Origin: an uncultured Gammaproteobacteria bacterium
GTDB lineage: Bacteria; Pseudomonadota; Gammaproteobacteria; Magnimaribacterales; TMED112
Reading direction: 5' to 3'
DNA: 56,932 nucleotides
Assembly: GCA_913044115.1 (NCBI GenBank)
Contig: CAJWNO010000003.1
Coordinates: 1-56,932 of the forward strand
In this document: positions 17,633 to 27,031 of the stretch, piece by piece
Layout: every line of letters starts with the position of its first letter
Numbering within the stretch: position 1 is the stretch's first letter
Made by a program: the position numbers and the translations under genes
Notes under the pieces: generated by a model
Seen by the model: the letters and a program-made list of their open reading frames with translations, nothing else
Told to the model about the DNA's origin: nothing
Databases searched by the model: none

Positions 17633-18736
17633 ATGAAAAAATTAGAAAAAATATTATTCGTTATAACAACCACTTTAGCTGCGGTTAACATCTCTGCAGA
17701 TATTTCAAAATTAAACGTGCCTGAGGGATTTGTTGTTTCAAGCTTCACGCAAGAAATTGATGATGCCAGACAGATGGTCGAAGGAGAAAATTTTCTATTT
17801 GTTGGTACAAAAGGTGCAGGAAAGGTCTATGCGATCAACAAAGCAGAAACAAACAAAGTTCTAACGATTGTGGAAGGACTTGATATGCCAACTGGTGTAG
17901 CTATAAAAAATGGTCATCTGTATATTGCAGAAAGTGATGCCATTCATGTAATCAGAAACATCGAAGAGAATTTAAGTAGTGGTAATGAAATCATTTCTGA
18001 GGTAGTTTTTGACGATTTGCCAAGACAAACAATGTGGAATCCGTTAAAAAAATCATGGCATGGCTGGAAATGGATTGATTTTGGTCCTGATGGGGCATTA
18101 TATATTTCAGAAGGAGTTCCTTGTAACGTCTGTGATGAGGCTGATGAAAGGTATGGGACTATTTTAAGATTAGCAGATGGCAAGCTTGATATTTTTGCTG
18201 ATGGTGTAAGAAATAGTGTTGGTTTTGACTGGCACCCGGTAACTAATGAGATGTACTTTACTGATAATGGTAGAGATTGGATGGGTGATGATATTCCTCC
18301 TTGTGAATTAAATAGAGTTAGTTCAGCTGGGAAGCATTTTGGTTTTCCTTTCGTGCATGGCAAAAATATTCAAGATGACGCATACAAAAAACCAGATGGT
18401 TTTAAATATGAAGAGCCTGTTTGGGAATTTCAGGCACACACAGCACCCCTAGGCATAAAATTTTATACTGGTGATGCCTTTCCAGAGTATTACAAAAACG
18501 GAGCGTTTGTAGCTCAGCATGGATCTTGGAATCGCTCAAAAAAAGTTGGCTATAAAGTGTTATTTATGAAATTTGAGAAAGGAGAAGTTGTTTCTTCAGA
18601 AACATTCATTGATGGTTGGTTGCAAGGAGAAGAATCTTGGGGAACACCTGTATCTCCACTTTTTCTCAAAGATGGAAGCATGTTAATTTCAGATGACAAG
18701 TCAGATTCAATTTTTAGAGTTACTTATCAAGGTTAA
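17633..18736 (+). CDS. PQQ-dependent sugar (glucose/sorbosone) dehydrogenase-family beta-propeller protein
   Basis: 367 aa. Signal peptide. Segments such as FGPDGALYISEG, NSVGFDWHP and GKHFGFPF resemble soluble sorbosone/glucose dehydrogenases. Confidence 0.7.
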   Translation: MKKLEKILFVITTTLAAVNISADISKLNVPEGFVVSSFTQEIDDARQMVEGENFLFVGTKGAGKVYAINKAETNKVLTIVEGLDMPTGVAIKNGHLYIAESDAIHVIRNIEENLSSGNEIISEVVFDDLPRQTMWNPLKKSWHGWKWIDFGPDGALYISEGVPCNVCDEADERYGTILRLADGKLDIFADGVRNSVGFDWHPVTNEMYFTDNGRDWMGDDIPPCELNRVSSAGKHFGFPFVHGKNIQDDAYKKPDGFKYEEPVWEFQAHTAPLGIKFYTGDAFPEYYKNGAFVAQHGSWNRSKKVGYKVLFMKFEKGEVVSSETFIDGWLQGEESWGTPVSPLFLKDGSMLISDDKSDSIFRVTYQG

Positions 18737-19791
18737 TTAATAGTATCTATTAATATGTCATCTGAACCAGCAGGCATTGAAACTAAAGTCCCATCATCAG
18801 AAACATAGTAGTTTGAAAAGATCTCACCTACACCGCGAACATACATTTGCTCACTAACATAATTCCTGGGAGCTGGTATCAAATGATAATAAACCAGTAA
18901 ATTTACATCAGCTTTTTTTGCAATTTCGGCAACTTCTACTGTAGTTGCATGATAATCCTGAATATCAAACAAAACTTTTGAAAGTACCTTATTACCAGAT
19001 TCATCTGTAACCTTCTCCATAGATTGAATCAACGGTTTGGCAAGAGCTTCGTGTAGTAAAACATCTACTCCCTTTGAATATTCAACCATGACATCCAATG
19101 CAACCGTATCTCCACTTATGACCATAGACCTATCCTTATACTCAACTTTAAATGCGTAGGATGGATCTACTGGGTGATGATCGACTCTAAAAGCAGTGAT
19201 TTTTGTATCTTTATTTTCAAAAATTATTGTGCTATCACCATCAAATTCAACAACATCATAACCGTATGCTTCTAATGGCAGAATATTGCCATGATGTTCA
19301 CTTCTGTAAGAAGCATCTAATTCGTAAGCTAATCTAAATCCTTCTATTGTTGAGGCTGTACCAACTGGCCCTAGTACTGGCAGGTGTTCTTTTCTTCCCC
19401 CTAACCAAGTTTGAAACTGAATTTCTGGCACATCGCTGATATGATCAGAATGCAAATGACTAATTATTAATGCTTCTAAATCAGTAAAATCAATGCCCCA
19501 ACTTTGTAGGTTTGCTGCACTACCTTCACCTGAATCAATAATAAATTTTGAAGTTCCTGCTTGGACTAATAAACAAGTTTCTGCTCGATTTGGGCTAGGC
19601 AGAGGCGCTCGTGATCCACAAACTGCCACTGATAGAGCATCATCTAAAAAAATTTCATTTGAAGTTGAAGATAGGATTTCATTAACAACATTTTTAAATA
19701 ATCTATCTTGAACCGCATGATTCTGTATTAATAGAAAACCCAATAGTGCAATTACTATTAGAGTAATAAATACGTATTTGATGATTTTCAC
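18733..19791 (-). CDS. Membrane-anchored MBL-fold metallo-hydrolase
   Basis: 352 aa. GTG start. N-terminal signal anchor. HxHxDH motif (SHLHSDHISD). Confidence 0.8.
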   Translation of the reverse strand: MKIIKYVFITLIVIALLGFLLIQNHAVQDRLFKNVVNEILSSTSNEIFLDDALSVAVCGSRAPLPSPNRAETCLLVQAGTSKFIIDSGEGSAANLQSWGIDFTDLEALIISHLHSDHISDVPEIQFQTWLGGRKEHLPVLGPVGTASTIEGFRLAYELDASYRSEHHGNILPLEAYGYDVVEFDGDSTIIFENKDTKITAFRVDHHPVDPSYAFKVEYKDRSMVISGDTVALDVMVEYSKGVDVLLHEALAKPLIQSMEKVTDESGNKVLSKVLFDIQDYHATTVEVAEIAKKADVNLLVYYHLIPAPRNYVSEQMYVRGVGEIFSNYYVSDDGTLVSMPAGSDDILIDTIN

Positions 19792-20246
19792 TAGGTCCTC
19801 TCCTTAAGCGATATTATAAAAAAGATAAGCAGGAATCCAATAACAAAAGGAGCGTAATCACTCCCTGGAGTTGGTCCTGTCTTATAAATAAGATCTAAAC
19901 CATGCTGAAATTTAATAATTGTTTCTCTCAGAATCCATTCCAACAGCCATATAAAATACATTAGTGGTATCAAGCTTTTATATTTGAAGATGACAATCCA
20001 ACTCATTAAACAGCACAATAATTGCATCTGTCCCCAAAGAGAACCAAATAGATAAACGACTTTATTGGGATCAGGATCCCCCTCAAAAACTATAATATTC
20101 GCAATAGAGTTTAAGCCAGCATCTTCTGCTAATAAATGAATAAGGCTTCTAGCAGTATTCACTACCATGAAGAAGATAAAAAAATATAAAGCTATTTTTG
20201 GTCCATGAAAATGATTATCAGCTACTGGAGGAAGAAATCTTTTCAC
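19791..20246 (-). CDS. Integral membrane protein, unknown function
   Basis: 151 aa, about 4 TM. GTG start overlapping the upstream stop (GTGA). Its own stop overlaps the MBL gene start by 1 nt. Confidence 0.5.
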   Translation of the reverse strand: MKRFLPPVADNHFHGPKIALYFFIFFMVVNTARSLIHLLAEDAGLNSIANIIVFEGDPDPNKVVYLFGSLWGQMQLLCCLMSWIVIFKYKSLIPLMYFIWLLEWILRETIIKFQHGLDLIYKTGPTPGSDYAPFVIGFLLIFFIISLKERT

Positions 20247-20644
20247 AAAACTTCAATGTTGAGCTGGCCTTTTATGCCTGCTTCTCTATGAGCGCTAGTT
20301 TTTATGTATTCTGGATCAGTCATCATTTTAAGCATCGCTGCTCTGTTAGGATACTCAGCCACAGCAACTAGATCCCAAAGTTCATCAATTTCACCGATCA
20401 TGAGCCTTGAAACTGGGCCACTAAAGACTATTTTGGCACCAACTTTCTCAAGATGTTTTTTTACTTCCTCTCCATAAAGCATGTAAGCTTCAAGACCTGA
20501 TAATTTAGTTTCTCGACCATCAGAATATTCAGCATTATCTTTTAATTTAACTAAGTTAAGCATCTTTATTGGTCCTAAATCAGGGTTATCATCGAAGCCT
20601 TTAAGTTGCTCTTCATTTGGAAAAATTTTATTTTCGAATTTCAT
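20243..20644 (-). CDS. DUF1330-family protein
   Basis: 133 aa. Size and sequence pattern (IKMLNLVKL ... [16 protein letters not shown]) match DUF1330 dimeric alpha/beta-barrel proteins (by recall). ATGA overlap with the acyl-CoA dehydrogenase gene. Confidence 0.65.
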   Translation of the reverse strand: MKFENKIFPNEEQLKGFDDNPDLGPIKMLNLVKLKDNAEYSDGRETKLSGLEAYMLYGEEVKKHLEKVGAKIVFSGPVSRLMIGEIDELWDLVAVAEYPNRAAMLKMMTDPEYIKTSAHREAGIKGQLNIEVL

Positions 20645-21858
20645 TTTTTATCGCCAAATAATTTTGCTAATTCTAATCTTGCGATACTTCTCCTATGAAC
20701 TTCATCTGGACCGTCTGCAAGTCTTAAAGTTCTCATATGTGCATACATACTTGCAAGAGGAAAATCTTGGCAAACGCCTGCTCCACCATGCATCTGAATG
20801 GCCCTATCAATTACGTTACATGCCATGATAGGTGCAGCGACTTTAATTTGTGCAATTTCACTTGCAGCAACTTTGTTACCGTATTTATCCATCTTCCATG
20901 CAGCATCCAGTGTTAGAAGTCTTGCTTGGTTTATTTCCATTCTTGAATCAGCTATTACATCGAAGTTTCCACCAAGTCTGGCTAGTTCTCTTCCAAAAGC
21001 TTTTCTTTCCATAGAACGTTTACACATCAATTCAAAAGCAACCTCTGCTGCTCCAATGGATCGCATGCAATGATGAATTCTGCCTGGTCCTAATCTTCCT
21101 TGCGCAATCTCAAAACCTCTGCCCTCTCCTAAAATTACATTCTCATAAGGAACTTTTACGTTATCGAATTTCATATGTGCATGTCCGTGAGGCGCATCAT
21201 CATAACCAAAAACATGCATCATTCTTTTAACTTCAACCCCAGGTGTATCCATGGGAACCAAAATCATTGAATGTCTTTGGTGTCTTTCATTTTCAGGATT
21301 AGTTACACACATGAAAATTATAATTTTGCATCGTGGATCCCCAGCGCCAGAAGTCCACCATTTTTCTCCATTAATGACCCAATGACCATCAACTAACTCA
21401 GCCGTAGCTTCCATATTCGTTGCATCTGATGATGCTACTTGTGGCTCAGTCATACCAAAAGCTGAACGAATTTCTCCATCCAGTAAGGGTTTTAGCCATT
21501 CATCTTGCTGTTCCTTTGAACCATAGCGTACTAGTACTTCCATATTTCCTGTATCTGGTGCACTACAGTTCATTGCTTCAGAAGCAAAATGGGTTCTGCC
21601 CATGACTTCAGCCAAATGAGCATATTCATAATTTGTCAATCCAGCTCCATAGTCACTGTCTGGCAGAAAAAGGTTCCAAAGACCCCTATCACGAGCTTCT
21701 TTTTTTAAGTCCTCAATTTCTGGATGTGGCTCCCATCTCTTTTCAGCTGGGATTTCTTGCTTGAGAATATCTATCTCAGCAGGCATTACAACTTCATCTA
21801 TGAAGCTCTTAACTTTCGGGAGGTAAAAATCAATTTTTTCAGTGCTTTCAAATTTCAT
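20641..21858 (-). CDS. Acyl-CoA dehydrogenase family protein
   Basis: 405 aa. ACAD fold signatures ([26 protein letters not shown]-terminal helical domain). Divergent from a LysR regulator. Confidence 0.9.
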   Translation of the reverse strand: MKFESTEKIDFYLPKVKSFIDEVVMPAEIDILKQEIPAEKRWEPHPEIEDLKKEARDRGLWNLFLPDSDYGAGLTNYEYAHLAEVMGRTHFASEAMNCSAPDTGNMEVLVRYGSKEQQDEWLKPLLDGEIRSAFGMTEPQVASSDATNMEATAELVDGHWVINGEKWWTSGAGDPRCKIIIFMCVTNPENERHQRHSMILVPMDTPGVEVKRMMHVFGYDDAPHGHAHMKFDNVKVPYENVILGEGRGFEIAQGRLGPGRIHHCMRSIGAAEVAFELMCKRSMERKAFGRELARLGGNFDVIADSRMEINQARLLTLDAAWKMDKYGNKVAASEIAQIKVAAPIMACNVIDRAIQMHGGAGVCQDFPLASMYAHMRTLRLADGPDEVHRRSIARLELAKLFGDKK

Positions 21859-21893
21859 AATTTTCTATATATAAAAAAAACTTCTAAAATACT

Positions 21894-21908
21894 ATAAATA
21901 ATATTTAT
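21894..21908. promoter_or_regulatory. Candidate LysR box (T-N11-A palindrome) in the divergent LysR/ACAD intergenic region
   Basis: ATAAATA-A-TATTTAT is a perfect 7-1-7 palindrome containing T-N11-A, 29 nt upstream of the LysR ATG. AT-only palindromes are common in this DNA, so support is weak. Confidence 0.3.
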
Positions 21909-21936
21909 AATAGTCTCATACAATTATAAGCCATTT

Positions 21937-22848
21937 ATGAAATTAAATAATCTCGATTTAAACCTGCTAGTTGTCTTCAATGCTATTTATTCAGAAGGGA
22001 GTTTAACTAAGGCTGGTGAAATTGTTGGCATTACTCAGCCGGCTGTCAGTAGTGCATTATCTAAGTTAAGAGATTACTTCGATGATCCTCTATTTATTAG
22101 AGTTGGACAAGGAGTTCAGCCTACAGCAAAAACAGAGAATATTATTATTCATGTACGTGAGGCCTTAGCCATATTGCAGAAAAGTTTAGAAACTCCGGAT
22201 GCTTTCGATCCAGCAGAATCAAGCAGAACTTTTAAACTTTCACTTAACGATGTTAGTGAAGGCAGAGTATTGCCAATATTAATGGATAAAGTTCATAAAG
22301 TTGCGCCTAAAGTAGGTCTTAGTAGTTACTACACAAGAAGAGATGATCTTCAACATGCTCTTGCAGCAAATGAAGTTTGTTTTGCTGTTGACCCGTTTCC
22401 ACCTTCAGATTCAGATATTAAAAAAGAACTTATTTTTGAAGATGAGTTTGTTTGTGGTTTTAGAAAAGATCACAAATTAGCTGATGAGAAAAGCTTAAGC
22501 ATAGAGCAATATTTGGATTTAGATCATATACATATTTCAGGTAGAAAAAGAGGTGGAGCGCTTGTAGATAATGCTCTAGCTAAACTACAACTTGATAGAA
22601 AAATAGTCCTAAGAGCACAACATTACCTTGTAACACCTGAAATACTTAATAGCACAGATATGGTGCTTACCTGTACCAAGTCTTTTGCTAATAAACATGA
22701 ATTAGCTTACAAAACTCTGCCGTTTGAAGTTGCACCATCACAATTCTTTTTAGCTTGGCACTCTTCAAATGACAATGACCCAGGCTGCCTTTGGCTCAAA
22801 GAATTAATTAAAGAATCTTTTGCTGAAGCTAAGTCTAGATGGCATTAA
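21937..22848 (+). CDS. LysR-family transcriptional regulator
   Basis: 303 aa. N-terminal wHTH (LNLLVVFNAIYSEGSLTKAGEIVGITQPAVSSALSKLR) plus a substrate-binding domain. Confidence 0.9.
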   Translation: MKLNNLDLNLLVVFNAIYSEGSLTKAGEIVGITQPAVSSALSKLRDYFDDPLFIRVGQGVQPTAKTENIIIHVREALAILQKSLETPDAFDPAESSRTFKLSLNDVSEGRVLPILMDKVHKVAPKVGLSSYYTRRDDLQHALAANEVCFAVDPFPPSDSDIKKELIFEDEFVCGFRKDHKLADEKSLSIEQYLDLDHIHISGRKRGGALVDNALAKLQLDRKIVLRAQHYLVTPEILNSTDMVLTCTKSFANKHELAYKTLPFEVAPSQFFLAWHSSNDNDPGCLWLKELIKESFAEAKSRWH

Positions 22849-22895
22849 AAATTCATTCTAAATCCGACTAATAAGAGGTAAAATAGCCAAACAAA

Positions 22896-25800
22896 ATGAG
22901 TACTGATAGCTATTTTAAAGATTTACAAAAACTTAAATACCAAGACGAGTCTAGTCTTGTAAAAAACTTAATAGAATCTAATAGCTGGATCAATGATTCT
23001 TCAATCTATGACAATGCCGAATTAATTGTCAAAAAATGTAGGGAAGATAGAAACAAAACCAGACTAGATAATTTCTTTCTGGAATATGGCTTAAGCAACC
23101 AAGAAGGCATAGCCTTAATGTGCTTGGCTGAATCTCTATTAAGAATTCCAGATAATGCAACTTGTGATGAAATTATTGAAGAAAAGATTGGTGGAAAAAA
23201 ATGGTTAGATCACTTTAATAGCTCTCCTTCTTTGTTTGTAAATGCAACAACTTTTGGGCTTTTTTTAGCCGAACAAGTCGTTGAGTTAGATAAGAATATC
23301 AGTGCAAACCCTATCAGCTGGTTCCAAGGTCTTACCTCTAGGATTGGAGATCCAATTCTTAGAGAGGCTATAAAGAAAGGCATGGAAATTCTTAGTGAGG
23401 AATTTGTATCTGGGATAGATATTGATGATGCATTAAACAAATTTGATTTTCCTAAAATCCCATGTTCGTTTGATATGTTAGGTGAAGCTGCCAGAACACA
23501 GTCGGATGTAGATTTCTTTTTTAACGCCTATGAAGAAGCGATTCGAAAAGTTGGTGAGAAAAATGCTCTACTGTCCAAATCTTTTCATGAAATATCAATT
23601 AAATTATCAGCTATACATCCTCGTTATGAAGCGACAAAAAAAGATCGTGTGATGGATGAGTTGCTTGAGCGAGTATATCAACTTTGTATTCAATCCGCTG
23701 CACATGATATCGCCTTAACCATAGATGCAGAGGAGCAAGATAGATTAGAACTTAGTTTGCATTTAATAGAGAATTTAGCGAAAAGAAAAGACCTTAAAGA
23801 CTGGGGTGGTCTTGGTCTAGCAATTCAGGCTTATGGCAAAAGAGCTCCAACAGTAGTCAAATTTGTAGATCAACTTGGTGGTGATAGAAATGGTTTAATG
23901 ATGAGGTTAGTGAAAGGTGCTTATTGGGATCAAGAAGTAAAAATTCATCAAGTCAAAGGGGCTGAAGATCTGCCCGTATATACCTCAAAGTCTTTTACAG
24001 ACCTTAATTACTTGGCAACCGCTAAGGTTATTTCAGAGACAAAAAATCTACGACCATATTTTGCTACACATAATGCGCACACAATAGCAGGGATAATGAA
24101 CCTTTATAAAGGCAGAGAAGACGAGTTCGAATTTCAAAGAATATTTGGCATGGGAGATTTAACGTATAGAAATGCAGAAAAAGTTTACGATAAATTCCCG
24201 TTAACGAGAGTATATGCACCTGTGGGTTCTAAAAAAGAACTATTACCTTACTTGGTTAGAAGGCTACTGGAAAATGGTGCAAACAGTTCGTTTGTTAACA
24301 AGTATCTGTCAAAAGATATCCCAATAAGAGATGTTGTAAAAAATCCAATTGATATTGCAACTAAAAACCTGAAAGAAAAAAATTATTTAAAACAAGTACC
24401 AAGACCAAAAGAAATTTTCTCAGATAGAGAAAATTCATTAGGTTTTGATTTCGGAGACCTAATGAAAATTGAAGAACTACAAAAAAAGATCAAAGCATAT
24501 GATGGTCATAGATTTTATGCCTGCTCATTATTAAACGGTGAGGAAATTGTTGATTCCTATGAAGATAAATTTTCACCAAGCAATACAAGAACAAAAATTG
24601 GTGAAGTCTCATATCTATCAAAAGATAACTTGAACAAAATTTCTTTTATGGAAAATGCCTGGAGAAGTATGCCAGCCAGCGAAAGAGTATCAGTAATGAA
24701 AAAGGCAGCTGAACTCCTTCAAGAAAATTCGGATATGTTCTTTGCCTTATTGATAAATGAGGCTGGAAAATCACTCAAAGATTGTGATGCTGAAATAAGG
24801 GAATCAATTGACTTCATTAATTACTATAACTTGCATGCAGAAAAACTTTTTTCAGAAGTTGAGCTTGAAAGTCCCTCAGGTGAGCGAAATTTCCTCACAA
24901 ATGCACCCAAAGGAAACTTTCTTTGCATAAGTCCTTGGAACTTTCCAATGGCTATATTTGTAGGACAAATAGCCGCAGCACTAGTTACAGGAAATAACGT
25001 TTTAGCGAAACCTGCTGAAGACACATCACTTATTGCTTTTCAAATAGTAAAATTATTTCACCAAGCAGGTGTTCCTGAGTCTGTACTGCAATTAGTTGTA
25101 GGCGGAAAAGAAATTGGAAATGAATTAACTAAAATGAGCAACCTAAGTGGAGTAGCATTCACAGGCTCCACTGCTGCTGCCAGATCTATCAATATAAATC
25201 TTGCGCAGTCAGAAGGACCAATCAAAACCCTTATTGCAGAAACAGGCGGACAGAATGCTATGTTCGTAGATTCATCGTCTCTCAAAGAACAAGTCATTGA
25301 TGATGTTATTAGGTCGGCATTTTATAGTGCTGGACAAAGGTGTAGTGCGCTTAGGGTAGTATTTGTACAGAATGACGTTGCTGAGGAGTATTGGGATTAT
25401 CTTAAAGAAGCAATGCAAGAGATTGAAGTTGGCGATCCAATGAAACCAAGTTCAGATATTGGACCAATTATTAATAAATCATCAATTTCTAAATTAAAAG
25501 ATCACATTGCTAAACTAAAAAAACTTGGTAAACAATTTGTCGAAACCAAAGGAAGTATTAAGGAAGATTCCTTATTCATGAATCCAATAGCATTTAAAAT
25601 CGATTCAATAAAAGAAATTGATGGTGAAAAGTTTGGTCCTGTACTCCATTTCATTAGTTATGATCCAGCCCACCTTGATGAGCTTATTGGCGAAATTAAT
25701 GCAACTGGATTTGGTCTTACTATGGGAGTCCACTCCAGAATATTAGAAAAGGCTAAACAAATTTTTGATAAATCAAATGTTGGAAACTTCTACTTGAATA

Positions 25801-25979
25801 GAGATATTGTAGGAGCAGTAGTTGGTGTGCAGCCATTTGGTGGACAAGGTTTGAGTGGAACAGGTCCTAAAGCAGGTGGACCAAATTACCTTCATAGTTT
25901 TGTAACGGAAAAAACCTTCACTGACAATGTTATGGCAACAGGTGGTAATATAGACCTGCTAACTAAAAATAACGAATAA
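22896..25979 (+). CDS. putA: Bifunctional proline dehydrogenase / L-glutamate-gamma-semialdehyde (P5C) dehydrogenase PutA (short form, no DNA-binding domain)
   Basis: 1027 aa. PRODH barrel region (RLVKGAYWD, LLENGANSSF) followed by an ALDH domain (ISPWNFP, ETGGQNA, QRCSA). Confidence 0.9.
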   Translation: MSTDSYFKDLQKLKYQDESSLVKNLIESNSWINDSSIYDNAELIVKKCREDRNKTRLDNFFLEYGLSNQEGIALMCLAESLLRIPDNATCDEIIEEKIGGKKWLDHFNSSPSLFVNATTFGLFLAEQVVELDKNISANPISWFQGLTSRIGDPILREAIKKGMEILSEEFVSGIDIDDALNKFDFPKIPCSFDMLGEAARTQSDVDFFFNAYEEAIRKVGEKNALLSKSFHEISIKLSAIHPRYEATKKDRVMDELLERVYQLCIQSAAHDIALTIDAEEQDRLELSLHLIENLAKRKDLKDWGGLGLAIQAYGKRAPTVVKFVDQLGGDRNGLMMRLVKGAYWDQEVKIHQVKGAEDLPVYTSKSFTDLNYLATAKVISETKNLRPYFATHNAHTIAGIMNLYKGREDEFEFQRIFGMGDLTYRNAEKVYDKFPLTRVYAPVGSKKELLPYLVRRLLENGANSSFVNKYLSKDIPIRDVVKNPIDIATKNLKEKNYLKQVPRPKEIFSDRENSLGFDFGDLMKIEELQKKIKAYDGHRFYACSLLNGEEIVDSYEDKFSPSNTRTKIGEVSYLSKDNLNKISFMENAWRSMPASERVSVMKKAAELLQENSDMFFALLINEAGKSLKDCDAEIRESIDFINYYNLHAEKLFSEVELESPSGERNFLTNAPKGNFLCISPWNFPMAIFVGQIAAALVTGNNVLAKPAEDTSLIAFQIVKLFHQAGVPESVLQLVVGGKEIGNELTKMSNLSGVAFTGSTAAARSININLAQSEGPIKTLIAETGGQNAMFVDSSSLKEQVIDDVIRSAFYSAGQRCSALRVVFVQNDVAEEYWDYLKEAMQEIEVGDPMKPSSDIGPIINKSSISKLKDHIAKLKKLGKQFVETKGSIKEDSLFMNPIAFKIDSIKEIDGEKFGPVLHFISYDPAHLDELIGEINATGFGLTMGVHSRILEKAKQIFDKSNVGNFYLNRDIVGAVVGVQPFGGQGLSGTGPKAGGPNYLHSFVTEKTFTDNVMATGGNIDLLTKNNE

Positions 25980-26365
25980 TGATTAACAAAGTTTTCCTAT
26001 TATTTACTGCAATAATGTACGGCTGGTTAGGTGGTTGGGCTTTATTTGATCCAATGTCTTATGTTGATGATGTAGGTTTAAGTATCAATTCCAATTTAGG
26101 ATCAGCTGAAATTAGATCTGTATATGGAGGTATTAATTTTTTGATTGGTATCTTTTCACTAATAGCTATTTTTAAAACAAAACATCAAGAAATTTTCTTT
26201 AAGGTTCTAATGTTTATAATCTCAGGTATCTTACTTGGTCGAGTAGTAACATTAATTTATGGGGAATTCACATCAGCCTTTCTCGTTGGCTTTACTGCAT
26301 TCGAGATTGTCTATTTTATATTTTTATTTGTAACCCTTAAAAATATGAAAAGGAAAATTTTCTAA
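25979..26365 (+). CDS. Small 4-TM membrane protein, DUF4345-like
   Basis: 128 aa. Start overlaps the putA stop (TAATG). The pattern GSAEIRSVYGGINFLIG resembles DUF4345 (by recall). Confidence 0.55.
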   Translation: MINKVFLLFTAIMYGWLGGWALFDPMSYVDDVGLSINSNLGSAEIRSVYGGINFLIGIFSLIAIFKTKHQEIFFKVLMFIISGILLGRVVTLIYGEFTSAFLVGFTAFEIVYFIFLFVTLKNMKRKIF

Positions 26366-26622
26366 TGCCAGAAGGAATACTGTACGGACTTATAGATAAT
26401 GGGGTGCTAGCTTTTGTTACATTGCTAGGTATTGATATAGATAAATATTTCAAAGGTTCTGGTGTAAATGGTGCTCTATATGGTGCACTCATAGGTAACT
26501 CTCTTTCTGATTTTCTTGGCGCCATAGTAGACTTTCCAATCTTATTAGCGCTAAACATTACGTTTGGTTGTTTAATCGTTATACCAATAGTTTGGTTTAT
26601 TCTCTTATTTAAGAAGAAGTAG
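26365..26622 (+). CDS. Small membrane protein, unknown function
   Basis: 85 aa, 2-3 hydrophobic segments. Start overlaps the previous stop (TAATG). Confidence 0.45.
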   Translation: MPEGILYGLIDNGVLAFVTLLGIDIDKYFKGSGVNGALYGALIGNSLSDFLGAIVDFPILLALNITFGCLIVIPIVWFILLFKKK

Positions 26623-27031
26623 AATTTAACTCCACAAGTAGAGGACGAAGATGATCTAGGTCATAGCCTGCATCGGTTGCCAGTTCAATTGTTTCATCTA
26701 CATCGCTATCAATAGCATTTGCGCATGCCCATATATTAATGCAGCGTGTGCCAGTTCTGCAGTAAGCAAGAGTTTTTACATTCTTATCAATTAAAACCTT
26801 TGTTTCAGTAATTAATTCTGTAGATAAGCTACCTGGGATCATTGGCAAATTTACAAAATCAATCTCAGCTTTTTTGCATGATGCCTCGATTAGTTCGAAA
26901 TCTGTTTGACCAGACTCCTCACCATTAGGCCTATTGCATATAACTAAATTGAAACCTTGTTCTTTGAAATAATTTATATGTTCTTCGCTAATTTGAGATG
27001 AAACGTAAAAACTATCAGTGACTTTAATCAT
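26609..27031 (-). CDS. TIGR01244/DUF442-family phosphatase-fold protein
   Basis: 140 aa. VTDSFYVSSQI N-terminus and a CRTGTR P-loop-like motif, as in DUF442 (Blh-type) proteins. Overlaps the end of the oxidoreductase gene by 8 nt. Confidence 0.65.
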   Translation of the reverse strand: MIKVTDSFYVSSQISEEHINYFKEQGFNLVICNRPNGEESGQTDFELIEASCKKAEIDFVNLPMIPGSLSTELITETKVLIDKNVKTLAYCRTGTRCINIWACANAIDSDVDETIELATDAGYDLDHLRPLLVELNSTSS

